In this document: positions 21,001-27,970 of the stretch, piece after piece
Layout: each line of letters starts with the position of its first letter
How positions within the stretch are numbered: the first letter of the stretch is position 1
Source: Planctomycetota bacterium
GTDB taxonomy: Bacteria > Planctomycetota > PLA2 > JAEUHO01
DNA length: 64,000 nucleotides
NCBI GenBank assembly: GCA_965222115.1
Contig: CBDCTJ010000007.1
Location: 2,848,001 to 2,912,000, forward strand
Direction: 5' to 3'
The notes under the pieces: generated by a model
The model's database searches: none
What the model was told of the DNA's origin: nothing
Seen by the model: only the letters and a program-made list of their open reading frames with translations
Position numbers and translations under genes: made by a program

Positions 21001-21146
21001 GCTTGATCGACCTTGCGCGCGGACTAATCGATGTCGGCCGCCACGACGAGGCCCGTACATCACTCAATCGCGTCATTGATGAATCGTGGCTCAATGCACA
21101 AAACACCAAGAAACAAGCAAAGGAACTACTCAAGCAGCTCCCGTAG
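12027..21146 (+). CDS. Giant exported FecR-like/VIT/VWA/TPR multidomain protein (3039 aa)
   Basis: Signal-like N-terminus; FecR-like GDRIRT..LGPAT..GDV; VIT (YFPLPPGASISGF, DPGLLEW, RVFPI); VWA MIDAS DTSGS; ITI-type LWAR..TPYTSFLVLE; long TPR-like helical region. Confidence 0.85.
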   Translation: MSKSISSASPRSLRRPLGRRPLGRRPSGRRTLVRAAAMLVVLAACFSGNPLRADEGDKKPSPSFKDDGRAGSVIDTQGTVLVRPASQGRWSPLNAKDLVFPGDRIRTDVRGAHAVELAVGSGTVLLGPATEVEVDADQAVRLIQGDVEVKAATAKKGGPAVKPMVVTAPGDFSSSVTGTLWLSTEGREKIRQFDKTPTWVKGYRASASNEWMGALMAKVDGRDVPLAVGYHNVTVEIRDQIARTTIEQSFINSTRNRMEGVFYFPLPPGASISGFGMWIGGELVEADIVEKQRAREIYEDILRKKKDPGLLEWEGGNLFKARVFPIEAGSEKRIRLRYTQVLPREGDSYRYRYALRSELLTRKPLRELKMTVRVMSTPKLGQLTCATHDATIKRLTDHEASVEYEAREYAPTQDFEVRVGIEAKDNIVVVPHRRGEDGYFMVQLMPPSTDANGWQRDLVPDGAPLKIVMVADTSGSMDPATRVKQSQFIRALVSLLSPDDRVSIMAYDVSPVWITNEPLAANSDELQAALDDLDARDSLGWSDIPAAIKEATAKVADGGLVVYVGDGIGTNGDGDPVGVAADIRASAGSSKATVHAVAPASTYESGVLKALASIGSGSLRGLDPKPVETAAALLREAVRPSIRDMQIEIDGIRTARVYPASLPNLPAGQQMLVLGRFLPSDQEQTGTVRVKGTLSDAPVTYSTTFTIPATDAGNSFLSRLWARMHLDALLEQGSSKKIREEIIEFSERFGIMTPYTSFLVLESDAQREEYGVTRRVRMRDGERFFATARDRVALEQRRSALKVAGRWRQALRHSIMREIAALGRHIGLPGYHPPAPTPPGANVRAIAWGIGERAYSAVRTYGATYTGDMAAASRTVLVRPASMRVDGEVVPAVYETVYDRLADAERQWEHSESPMSGSCGSSGSCGSSRPIGGGAGARFGGRGRSAAKGGAPRARLASLRRAAEEHQGLPTPQSESGLAAPSAPPVAGDPAEATSSDGAWGADKDRGDFNGDGKLEGAAKRDEVDMEMDELSELVDEARSKSKKMPRSSRKAGYYAPSGPANRMNQPSVVGNRPYALHEQANQQLYAAPGTSIPGMASYSSIGFPLLPPPPPNEKGSDGKETPHDYDPEVVKLLTALERRGVLATIEGGVHVVDVHRAYVGLRSLVGGSSRWEGWIARNAWVLDHVRPSDTAGQRIDWFNGTHRGALHVARGLATSRKAKPRDGEAWFLPFWDMRYKNMLADFARLGLTAKIASKSENTVVLVLGSGKEPCPTTRLTIDTTRNVATEMAYVNAEGKTLSRTTFGKFVEVAGRHWETLIRRFDDKDRMTGESVRTIEAVATKALDEQLARVALASKEGFAISLPLPTRTDAKDAVKAGKATSMDHLAVLLQTLGAQTWDELDVSWRGFEDATGTSSALKFVEYTVRSHVRDNERLLALARSLVPQATAATPETAKRFLSYFIYAVSQSKFGAGESLDLLDQLQAPMTATSDTEREEDVRLATRLRARVLLMRAALLDRLGRHREARDIRAKRATLLPFDVTAQLTLESDLFGIGKRDDALALLKRLVDEREPWTHAERSAIFSRWTDRLWQMRRLDALEAVARRWTETSPVEGAPYLRHWSSLYFLQRDGEVNETVGALLARRPTGKESKNEIAQLGAAMRMALGGGWQFQTQVTPASWRKPVANLVHHVIRSNVEPFRAAWQVFADWRYRRTDEHKTLIKALQADTGKAAWVKAASSRQLAHYISRLPWTSGAVDRSHWETFEGGLEERWQAAEDFTERNTLSGHILTLLDAQQEAERALDFLRARLARTDASRKHSIARQLFTRLLAHTKKGETLADIEKRENELLSLMPLRIHPGANAQQQEAAWAGAISQWTATAASWRITAAMGPGEEHEKLSRAQFKQLGKDAKKVSREQMVSRLNSVRASVPNLAKRWLDLERLTLMAELATDLPAVVKEAMARFTRKWERKVDAFDHTERRRLAAILTFAAVKRNAPEGFADSLLAHFEKGRAEEVALLAEDKETVSLLDWPYHIFRLQVALDRPEALIASIKTWEDMDLMASRWRVALGYTETELGRIDKGAEHFEAVHVKKELGEQELAHLARWYLVLNKDDARRAALVARYKAMNEWQLANQISARSRTVQRRGKGIPAELEPETFDMIRVLMSKANYPDNHRWRIRNIYRATKDFRVLGATVTSMTGHTKERIYRFLTCMQHLVNNVHEEATCDELTRRLAELRSATESSVDRRAFYLLTSIVESRASRVLEKDADHRTLALEALRAAFKEGNWEKGEPLLMAQYLYGQGRPGDGAIEQEIVRQLRALSELPSETGTTRIRLKTLLARALWRNPASQSDAIDLLARTIDEGRAINARYPLGHQAIPLLTNWLTHKGRYRDAERFVKDEVARHDDVRTKRNLEHNLWRVYVAAVRNGGAVSIGQGASLYSRTLELMHASLEQAPGELNQFASQIVSLHHAAKHARVLPDAGNALDRYARERFATICRRAPLQQTYGMRAMAQGIHKLAGASAGLRYLLDTYATQPAFIKRLNLDLWSQNTWMFAKWRSESRSQDQGLWELVKADYVGMLTGTSNSRASAFWNRGGSHEWREKHANFVQLAVATAETHGDSQTTTMRCARTLRNLGARADAVTVLASALSRGQLDDSGQWTLANWYKQDARFQEGRDLGLKLLEGRPEQLQRYILVAECHGALKNMDAMLKVLQSAETYFRGQDEATKNKAKLWRAEVASTLGMTAIRHRLDEPGATWMEEALRLLRERSGHRGGRSNQMATWYAQLAIARSRLGDTARAVKAATAAVAATSARNRSARRSQYTALVKVFTEAKDLESYTGVYDKEVAETSIDSSLVRQAMADAWAMRKDYERAAAQLVLARELDPRDEQVLTKLLKSYDTLGQKQKAMEVLLSSATLSPRNLVAYEGLAKRYQELGQKVQRERALTTLVEVLPKSSDGHHRLASIRRASGDKDEAVRHWSLAAKHDAKNPARLIDLARGLIDVGRHDEARTSLNRVIDESWLNAQNTKKQAKELLKQLP
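12066..12110 (+). repeat. 15-bp tandem repeat x3 (two perfect copies, one degenerate)
   Basis: cgtcgtcctcttggg x2 + cgccgtccttctggc; encodes RRPLG RRPLG RRPSG. Confidence 0.9.
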
Positions 21147-21275
21147 AGTGTGGTCAAGCGCGCTCTCCAACATCTGTTCACAACGCTTGCGCTTCGTTTC
21201 GTTTCGTTGGCCCTTTGCGTGAAATGTATTGTTTGCGACCGTATAGGAGTACTCGAACCTCCACGTCAAACGAGG

Positions 21276-22136
21276 TTAGGCGAATCGCCGGAGGATATAG
21301 CGATCCAGGATCGGCCGAATCAGTGAAAGTTCCGCGCGGTACGCATTGCGATTGGCAACGGTATGACGCACTTCGCGAACAATTTCCTCGCCAAGCATGC
21401 GTATGCCTCGATGGCGCGCTAACGAGGCCTTCGCATGCGTCGTGCCAAGTAGCAGACTGAGTTCGCTCGTGCTGAGCGGCCCTTCACGGATGAGGATTTC
21501 TACAGCGCGCGCGTTTCCTGGGCTGCGCGTACGCATACGTTCCGTGGCGGCCATGAGCATGCAGCGCACCCACTGTTCCATCTCGTCACTCTCGTCGGCG
21601 GAATTGGTTCTCTGGGTGGACGGTAAGGCGTCGACTCGCAGGCGCATGGTTCCCGCGTCCAACGACTCTAGGCCACCCTCGGGATGGCGGCGCTTCGCCA
21701 GGCGATGACGCACATAGTTGCGCGTAAAGTTCTTGGTCATTGCGAAGAGAAAATCTCGAAAGCGTCCACGTTCGGGGTCAGCGCGGAGCAGCCAATCGCG
21801 CTCGTAGCAAGCCGTCAAGAGCTCGTGCACAACGTCGGCGGCCTCGTCACCGCGAACGACGCCCCCACCCGTGCGCTCGAGCTCACGACTGGCTATCCAA
21901 ATCATCGCGGGCAAGTACTTCCCCGTTAGATGTCGCCACGCGTCTTGGACCGCGTCGTAGGCGCCCGCTTCCCCTGCATCATGTGAAACCTGTTCGGCGC
22001 TTCCAGGGTCCGCGTTCTGAACTGCAGATTCCGGGGCGCCTTTCGAGTTCGCGCCCAATCCTGACGCCTCCGTTGCGCATTCAGGACTACCCAACTCTTT
22101 GACCCGACTCCAATGGGTCGTACTGAAGTCAAACAC
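21276..22136 (-). CDS. ECF sigma-70 family factor (FxTTHWS type)
   Basis: N-terminal FSTTHWS; region 2 EAADVVHE and ADPERGRFRDFL; AKRRHPEGG; C-terminal HTH. Confidence 0.8.
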   Translation of the reverse strand: MFDFSTTHWSRVKELGSPECATEASGLGANSKGAPESAVQNADPGSAEQVSHDAGEAGAYDAVQDAWRHLTGKYLPAMIWIASRELERTGGGVVRGDEAADVVHELLTACYERDWLLRADPERGRFRDFLFAMTKNFTRNYVRHRLAKRRHPEGGLESLDAGTMRLRVDALPSTQRTNSADESDEMEQWVRCMLMAATERMRTRSPGNARAVEILIREGPLSTSELSLLLGTTHAKASLARHRGIRMLGEEIVREVRHTVANRNAYRAELSLIRPILDRYILRRFA

Positions 22137-22148
22137 CGAGCGGCTCCG

Positions 22149-22165
22149 GAAAAGGGGCCCTTTTC
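22149..22165. promoter_or_regulatory. 17-bp palindrome just upstream of the minus-strand ECF gene (possible operator)
   Basis: GAAAAGGG-G-CCCTTTTC. Confidence 0.35.
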
Positions 22166-22523
22166 TCCAGAATCGGGCTGAAACCGAGAAGTTGTTGCGA
22201 CTCCGCGGCGACCCGATTCCTACTCGTCCTCCTCTCCGCGACCGCCCTCAGCAATATCGCGAGGGGCATCTCTTGCGGCTCCACACGCCGCGCTCTCGCT
22301 TCTCATGTCACTCAGCACCTCTTGAGGCGCTGCACAGATCCCGATGTTGCTCCGCCCTTTGGGCGTTCACGCCCGAGCGGCTTTCCATCAGATGACATTC
22401 CGCACACGACCACATAGGTCCTCGCATTTGGCCGCTGTAGTCCGCCAGGAATTCTTGAAAAAACTCACATTCATCGTTCGCGTGTTGTTTGCGCGCGACA
22501 CCATAGAGACGTGGCTGCGCGGG

Positions 22524-22529
22524 TATAAC
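22524..22529 (+). promoter_or_regulatory. Putative -10 box for the ECF-kinase operon
   Basis: TATAAC about 36 nt upstream of the GTG at 22566, with an AAGGA RBS in between. Confidence 0.3.
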
Positions 22530-22565
22530 AGGGCAGCTCCCGTATGACCGACTGAGAAAGGAAGC

Positions 22566-23156
22566 GTGGTGAATCCGCCGACTCGTTCGACTGCCAACAA
22601 ACGCGAGCCCACCGAAGAAGGGCTTCCTCAGGAATCCAGCGAACTCTTCTCGCTGCTGTACGACGAGATTCATAAGCAAGCCAAGATCTACATGAGGGGA
22701 CAGCCGCGGGGGCACACACTCCAGCCCACGGCGCTCGCTAACGAGGCGTACCTCCGGGTGCGAAACATCCACCCAGGGCGTTGGCGTTCGCGTCAGCACT
22801 TCTTGGCGATGTCCTCCAAAGTCATGGTTCGCGTGTTGGCCGACTACGCGCGCCAGCGATGCAGCGCCAAACGAAACGCGGAGGGGAATCGCGTTCCCCT
22901 GGTCGAGGGACTCCTGGTGCACTTCGAGCAGCAGCACGTTGATATGCTCGACTTGGAGGCCAAGCTGGCCGAACTATCACAGCTCGGACCCGACGAAGAG
23001 CGCGGTGCGACGATTGTGCAGTTCCGTGCGTTTGGCGGGCTGACCATGCAGGAAATCGCCAGCACATTGGCCACTCCCAAACGGACGATCGAGCGCGAGT
23101 TTCGCTTCGCGCGGGCATGGTTGCACCGGGCGCTTGACCTGCCCACAAGTTCGTAA
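22566..23156 (+). CDS. ECF sigma factor, TIGR02999/ECF43-like (kinase-activated type)
   Basis: LFSLLYDEIH, HTLQPTALANEAYLR, HFLAMS..MVRVLADYAR, FGGLT..EIA and FARAWL. Confidence 0.9.
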   Translation: MVNPPTRSTANKREPTEEGLPQESSELFSLLYDEIHKQAKIYMRGQPRGHTLQPTALANEAYLRVRNIHPGRWRSRQHFLAMSSKVMVRVLADYARQRCSAKRNAEGNRVPLVEGLLVHFEQQHVDMLDLEAKLAELSQLGPDEERGATIVQFRAFGGLTMQEIASTLATPKRTIEREFRFARAWLHRALDLPTSS

Positions 23157-23199
23157 CACTCGCGTCCTTCGTGTGCACCCGCTTTATGCAGGAGTGCCC

Positions 23200-26100
23200 T
23201 TGTCATCTACCCAACAACCATTTGCGTGGTCCGACATTCGCGCAGCGTTCGATCACGCCATGGAATTGCCGGAGCACGAGCGGTGCGCCTACCTCAGGAC
23301 GAACTACTCGCCCGCCATAGCCGCGGAGGCTCAGAGCCTCTTGGAGCATCATGTCGCGGCCGCGTCGTTTCTGGCACCGCCGCCAACCGACGTACTGGAA
23401 CCGCATCGTTTAGAAGACAAGGCGGCGCATCACAACACGTTCCCCGACACGTTGCTCGCGGACCGCTATCTCATCAAGGAGTTGATTGGCGAAGGCGGCA
23501 CGTCATGGGTGCATCGCGCGAAGGATCAAATGACGGGCGACGATGTGGTCGTCAAGATCATCGCCAAGCAGCACGCCGTGCGCTACGACGTGGCACGCCT
23601 TGAGGCATCCGCGCTTCGACTCCTCGCACTACCCGGCATTGTCCGGCTCTTGGACGAGGGCATCGAAGGCGACCAGACGTTCCTTGTCATGGAGTACGTA
23701 GAGGGAAAACCCTATCCCGGATGGTCGGCCCCGCTCGCCGATCCTCGAAGCGAAAATGCACCGTTACGGCATACGTGGCAGACGATCCGCCAACCGACGA
23801 TTGGTTTGTTGGAAACGCTGTCTCGCGTGCACTCTCGCGGAATTGTGCATGCCGACCTCAAACCGGGCAACGTGCTCGTGCGTCGCAACGGTTCTTCGGT
23901 GGTGTTGGATTTGGGGATTAGTCGAGATCCGGGACTGGATCGAGAGACGCTGCGCTCCATCGCCCTCGCGGGAACGCCTCGCTACATTTCGCCCGAACAA
24001 CTGGATGGTAAGCCCGCTACCGCGGCGTCGGATCTGTACTCTCTTGGCATCATGCTGTACGAAGCGCTGGCGGGTTGCGATCCGCATGACGCCCGTACCG
24101 CACACGAGACGATTGCACGCCGCGTGCATTGCTCACCCCCACCGCTTCGGGATGTTGCGCCCGACGTACCACCACGCATTGCGGCCTGCATCGATCGCAT
24201 GATCGCGTCCGATCCCAAGCACCGATACCCCAATGCGTTGAGCGTGCTTACGGATTTGGAAGCGGGATCAGAACGTCTCGACGTAAACGATGAGTTTGCT
24301 CTGTGCTCAAGCGAGTTTGTGGAGCGCCTGTTCAATCGGATCATGGCGGGACACTCGGTCGATGTGTCGGGTCCCCGTCGTTCCGGTCGTTCGATGACGC
24401 TGCGCAAGCTCGGGGCGCGTCTAGTTGCCGAGGGGAGAAGCGTTGCCTTCGTTCAAGCGGGCACGCGGCCCTTTGAGTCACTTGCAAGCATCGGTATCAA
24501 TGTCTCGCGCCTTCAAGCCGACACTCGACATGCCCTCCAAAATGCTGTTACGAGCAAGCTCCACTCGATCCTCTCTGGCGGCACGATCGTTATGGTGCCC
24601 CATCCGACAACCGTTGATTCACACTCTCGCGAAATGCTGACCTCGGCACGGCAGGCCGGAGGCATCGTGCGCGCGGTCCTGATGGACACACCGGGCGCCC
24701 TCGCCGTGCCTCCCGTGAGCGCAAGCGAACTCATGCGCTGCTTTCACGGCCGAGAGCGCATTCACTACATTCCCAGCGACGCCGCACATCAACTGTGGCT
24801 CCGCACCGGAGGCCGTGCGGGACTGGTCCTTGATGAACTCAACGCATGGGAACGCGCGGGGCTGGCTCACTGGGATGGCGATCGCATGCGCATCGATCGA
24901 GACGCAATAACGCGCCTGCGCGGCGGGCTTCGGGTGCGACACCAGGATGGACTCGTGCCCGATTCACCCGTGAGTGCCGTGAGCGATCGACCGCGGACAG
25001 AACGAGCACTGCTCGCGTGTGTTGACCTGCTTGGTAGGCACGCGTCGCCCGCGCGATGCGCCAAAGCGCTGGGCATATCCATTGCTGAGGCCGAATTGCA
25101 AATGGAGTCCATGGAGCGAGAGGGCACACTCCAAGCCACCGACAGTGGCGGTTATTTCGTTCGCGTACCCATGAACCATGGCTCCCAGTTGGGACCCGCA
25201 CAACTCCGCTCGCTGCACCGTGGCATCGCCAGCACGCTACCTAAGGATGAACCCAAACGAATGCAACACCTGATCCTCGCAGGTGAGTTGGATGCGGCCA
25301 CGCGCGAGGCAGCGGCACTAGCCGACACGCTGACTTCGCATGGTCGTGTGCAACAGGCCTGGAATGTCGTTCGCGAGGGTTTACGCACGGCCTATCAAAC
25401 CAACACGCGCGGTCATGTTGTTGAATTGCTCGAACGGATGTGCGAGTACGCGCTCACCCTTGGAAGCCCGCGTGCATTGGCGCTCAGCGAATACGAGTTG
25501 GGACGCGCCTACGTTGCTTCCGATGCCATTGAACCATTGCGTAGGACGATGCGCGCCGCGACATTCGTGACTTCTGCAGAAGCCGAACGCGCACTCAAAG
25601 CCCTACCTCTCGATGCGCCCCCGGCAAGTGTTCGTGCGTATCGCACGATGATCTCGGTGTGGATGTTCGCGGCACGAGTGTCGCCGATGCCTACATTCCG
25701 AAGGCATCTGCACCTCGCCGAGCGAGCCGTTGCCGCACGGATGCAGACTAACGACTGTTTTTCCCTGGTGGGTGCTCGAGCATGGCTGGCGTACCGGGAA
25801 GACGACTACGTGTCGGCAGCACGTCAGCACTTGCGAGCGGTTGACCGTGCACCCATGCTTTCAACACAGATGACGTTTCGCACCAATGCAGCGTCGGCGT
25901 TCTTGGAGGCGGGAAAGTTTGATGATGCGCTTCGCGAGGCCAAAATCGTACATGACTGGGCCTCCCCTAGACGCCACACCTCACTCGTGGCCCGTAGTGA
26001 ACTCATGATGCGCGCAGCGCGCTATCGCCGAAGTGACGATGTTCAACCGGATCCGGAATTTGTTGACGCGTGCGAAGAGGCCCTGTCAAAGACGTCCCCG

Positions 26101-26472
26101 GGCATGGCCGCCTTCAATGAAGCGGCCATTGCATGGCGGCAAGCCGAGCGCGAGTTGGCCAACAGGCTATCCACGCACGCGGCAAAGGCGTTTCACCGTC
26201 GCAATGCATCTGGCGAGCGATTAGCGAAGGCGCTCGTACTCGCCACATCGAGCGCATTGCCGTCCGCAAACGACGTACAAGCATTGTTGGGCGAAATTCA
26301 GAACGATGCCGACACGGTTAGTGCAATTCAGAGTGGCTATCTCTTGTCCTTGGCTCGACCGGACACCGCGGCAGCGTGCCGCGACTACGTGCGTGAGCGT
26401 GCAGAGGCCATAGACGCCAATCTTTGGGGATTTCGCAGAGAAATCGTCTCAATCGAAGAAGCCGTGCAATAG
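23200..26472 (+). CDS. Ser/Thr protein kinase with degenerate P-loop region and TPR-like C-terminus
   Basis: AGGAG RBS + TTG at 23200; GEGG, VVVK, HADLKPGN, DLG, GTPRYISPEQ and SDLYSLG; then GPRRSGRS; helical repeats. Confidence 0.88.
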   Translation: MSSTQQPFAWSDIRAAFDHAMELPEHERCAYLRTNYSPAIAAEAQSLLEHHVAAASFLAPPPTDVLEPHRLEDKAAHHNTFPDTLLADRYLIKELIGEGGTSWVHRAKDQMTGDDVVVKIIAKQHAVRYDVARLEASALRLLALPGIVRLLDEGIEGDQTFLVMEYVEGKPYPGWSAPLADPRSENAPLRHTWQTIRQPTIGLLETLSRVHSRGIVHADLKPGNVLVRRNGSSVVLDLGISRDPGLDRETLRSIALAGTPRYISPEQLDGKPATAASDLYSLGIMLYEALAGCDPHDARTAHETIARRVHCSPPPLRDVAPDVPPRIAACIDRMIASDPKHRYPNALSVLTDLEAGSERLDVNDEFALCSSEFVERLFNRIMAGHSVDVSGPRRSGRSMTLRKLGARLVAEGRSVAFVQAGTRPFESLASIGINVSRLQADTRHALQNAVTSKLHSILSGGTIVMVPHPTTVDSHSREMLTSARQAGGIVRAVLMDTPGALAVPPVSASELMRCFHGRERIHYIPSDAAHQLWLRTGGRAGLVLDELNAWERAGLAHWDGDRMRIDRDAITRLRGGLRVRHQDGLVPDSPVSAVSDRPRTERALLACVDLLGRHASPARCAKALGISIAEAELQMESMEREGTLQATDSGGYFVRVPMNHGSQLGPAQLRSLHRGIASTLPKDEPKRMQHLILAGELDAATREAAALADTLTSHGRVQQAWNVVREGLRTAYQTNTRGHVVELLERMCEYALTLGSPRALALSEYELGRAYVASDAIEPLRRTMRAATFVTSAEAERALKALPLDAPPASVRAYRTMISVWMFAARVSPMPTFRRHLHLAERAVAARMQTNDCFSLVGARAWLAYREDDYVSAARQHLRAVDRAPMLSTQMTFRTNAASAFLEAGKFDDALREAKIVHDWASPRRHTSLVARSELMMRAARYRRSDDVQPDPEFVDACEEALSKTSPGMAAFNEAAIAWRQAERELANRLSTHAAKAFHRRNASGERLAKALVLATSSALPSANDVQALLGEIQNDADTVSAIQSGYLLSLARPDTAAACRDYVRERAEAIDANLWGFRREIVSIEEAVQ

Positions 26473-26546
26473 CGAAGACCTCATTCGGTAACTAAGCCTG
26501 GGTGCCACGTGTGCATCCACTGCCTTTACCGAAATGAGGACTTCTG

Positions 26547-26936
26547 ATGATTCGTACGCTTGCACGTATTCCCACCACACTTAGCGCTTTTGTTTTGCTC
26601 ACCTGTCTTGCCCTTCCCGTCGCGCTGTCGGGCATGGACCAAGGTTGGTTTGAACTCAGTCAGCCCGGAAACACCGATCCTGTCGCTTGGGTCTGGTGTG
26701 AAGATTCAACGGATGATGGCGATGGTGTGGAGTACATCGCCATGCTCTCCACGTACGCACATTGCACTTCAAGCAATACCTCTCAGGAGACCACGGTAGA
26801 TCGTGGGGGCTCCACAGGCTTTAACTCGCCCGAAGACTTTGCGGACTGGATCGTGATGAACTACGCGCACGTGAGCAGCCGCTCCGATCTCGTGATTCAC
26901 AAGCGTGTCGTCACGACCGTCACACTGGTTCCCTAA
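26547..26936 (+). CDS. Small secreted hypothetical protein
   Basis: GAGG RBS; signal peptide; acidic beta-rich mature part. Confidence 0.65.
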   Translation: MIRTLARIPTTLSAFVLLTCLALPVALSGMDQGWFELSQPGNTDPVAWVWCEDSTDDGDGVEYIAMLSTYAHCTSSNTSQETTVDRGGSTGFNSPEDFADWIVMNYAHVSSRSDLVIHKRVVTTVTLVP

Positions 26937-27394
26937 TCCGCCCCCGCCTTCCAAAGATGCAGCTCCTTTGCAATGTGAAGGAGCTGCTCACGAGTCTCCG
27001 GTCGCCAGGACCTCGGCGATGGCCAGTCCACATCGTCACGCAGCGAGAACCACGCGACACGTTCAATGCGTCCACGGGGCGCATCGGGTTGGCTAGGTTC
27101 CTCGCCGGGCGCGGGCAGTCCACTGAGTCGTGAACAAAGATACGTTAATAGACGCGTGTAACTCACATGCGGAAGATTGAGCGGCCATTCAAACAACAGG
27201 CGCTCAACCCGAACGTGAACGCGCGTCTCTTCCCACAGTTCGCGTGCCACGCATGCTGTCGCGCTCTCTCCTTCTTCCCGGCCGCCGCCAGGTAAGAGCC
27301 AAAACGCATCGCGATTGTGCGGTCGGTAGTAGAGCAAGAGGCATCGCCCGTCTTCAACAAGGGCGCCCTGATAACGGACCTGTCGATTCATCAC
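26933..27394 (-). CDS. NUDIX hydrolase
   Basis: PGGGREEGESATACVARELWEET. Confidence 0.88.
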   Translation of the reverse strand: MMNRQVRYQGALVEDGRCLLLYYRPHNRDAFWLLPGGGREEGESATACVARELWEETRVHVRVERLLFEWPLNLPHVSYTRLLTYLCSRLSGLPAPGEEPSQPDAPRGRIERVAWFSLRDDVDWPSPRSWRPETREQLLHIAKELHLWKAGAD

Positions 27395-27894
27395 CCTCTG
27401 TCTTCACTGCCTAATGCGGTATCGTCTGTAGCGGAGTCGCTGGGTTGCTTCGGCGCGAGATCCGGTCGATTGGGTAGTGGACAGAGCACGTCGATGCGCG
27501 CACCAAAGGGATCATCCACACACGCGAACCGCATGGCCTCGTACATCCACGTGTCCTGCGGCTCCATCACAGTCCTTGCACCGGCATCCACGAATGCCCT
27601 ATGCAACGCATCCACATCCTCGGGCTGGGCCACAGACAAGGCGAACTCGGCGTTGGCAGGGTTCTTTCCGGGTCGAGTTCCAATGCGGGAGGGAAACAAT
27701 GTCAGCCATGTTGTCCCGCAGCGCCAGCCGCGAATATTGCCATCGGGGGACGTCATGGTGGGACCGCCAAGTGCCGTGGAATAAAACGCCGTGGCCTGCT
27801 CGTAATCTTCGTAGTACAGGCTTACATAACCCAAGCTGCGGACGCACGAGCCCTCCTCGGCGTCATGGGGGCGATTTGTAGCTTCGATTGGCAT
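27391..27894 (-). CDS. VOC/glyoxalase family protein
   Basis: YVSLYYEDYEQATAFY and EPQDTW..R..CVDDPFG; start uncertain. Confidence 0.82.
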   Translation of the reverse strand: MPIEATNRPHDAEEGSCVRSLGYVSLYYEDYEQATAFYSTALGGPTMTSPDGNIRGWRCGTTWLTLFPSRIGTRPGKNPANAEFALSVAQPEDVDALHRAFVDAGARTVMEPQDTWMYEAMRFACVDDPFGARIDVLCPLPNRPDLAPKQPSDSATDDTALGSEDRG

Positions 27895-27970
27895 GATGGC
27901 GAAAGTCCAGTTCGACCGTGCGATCGTGCCGGCAATCGGCACGTGGGTCAAGTGCTGATACTGTTCACGT

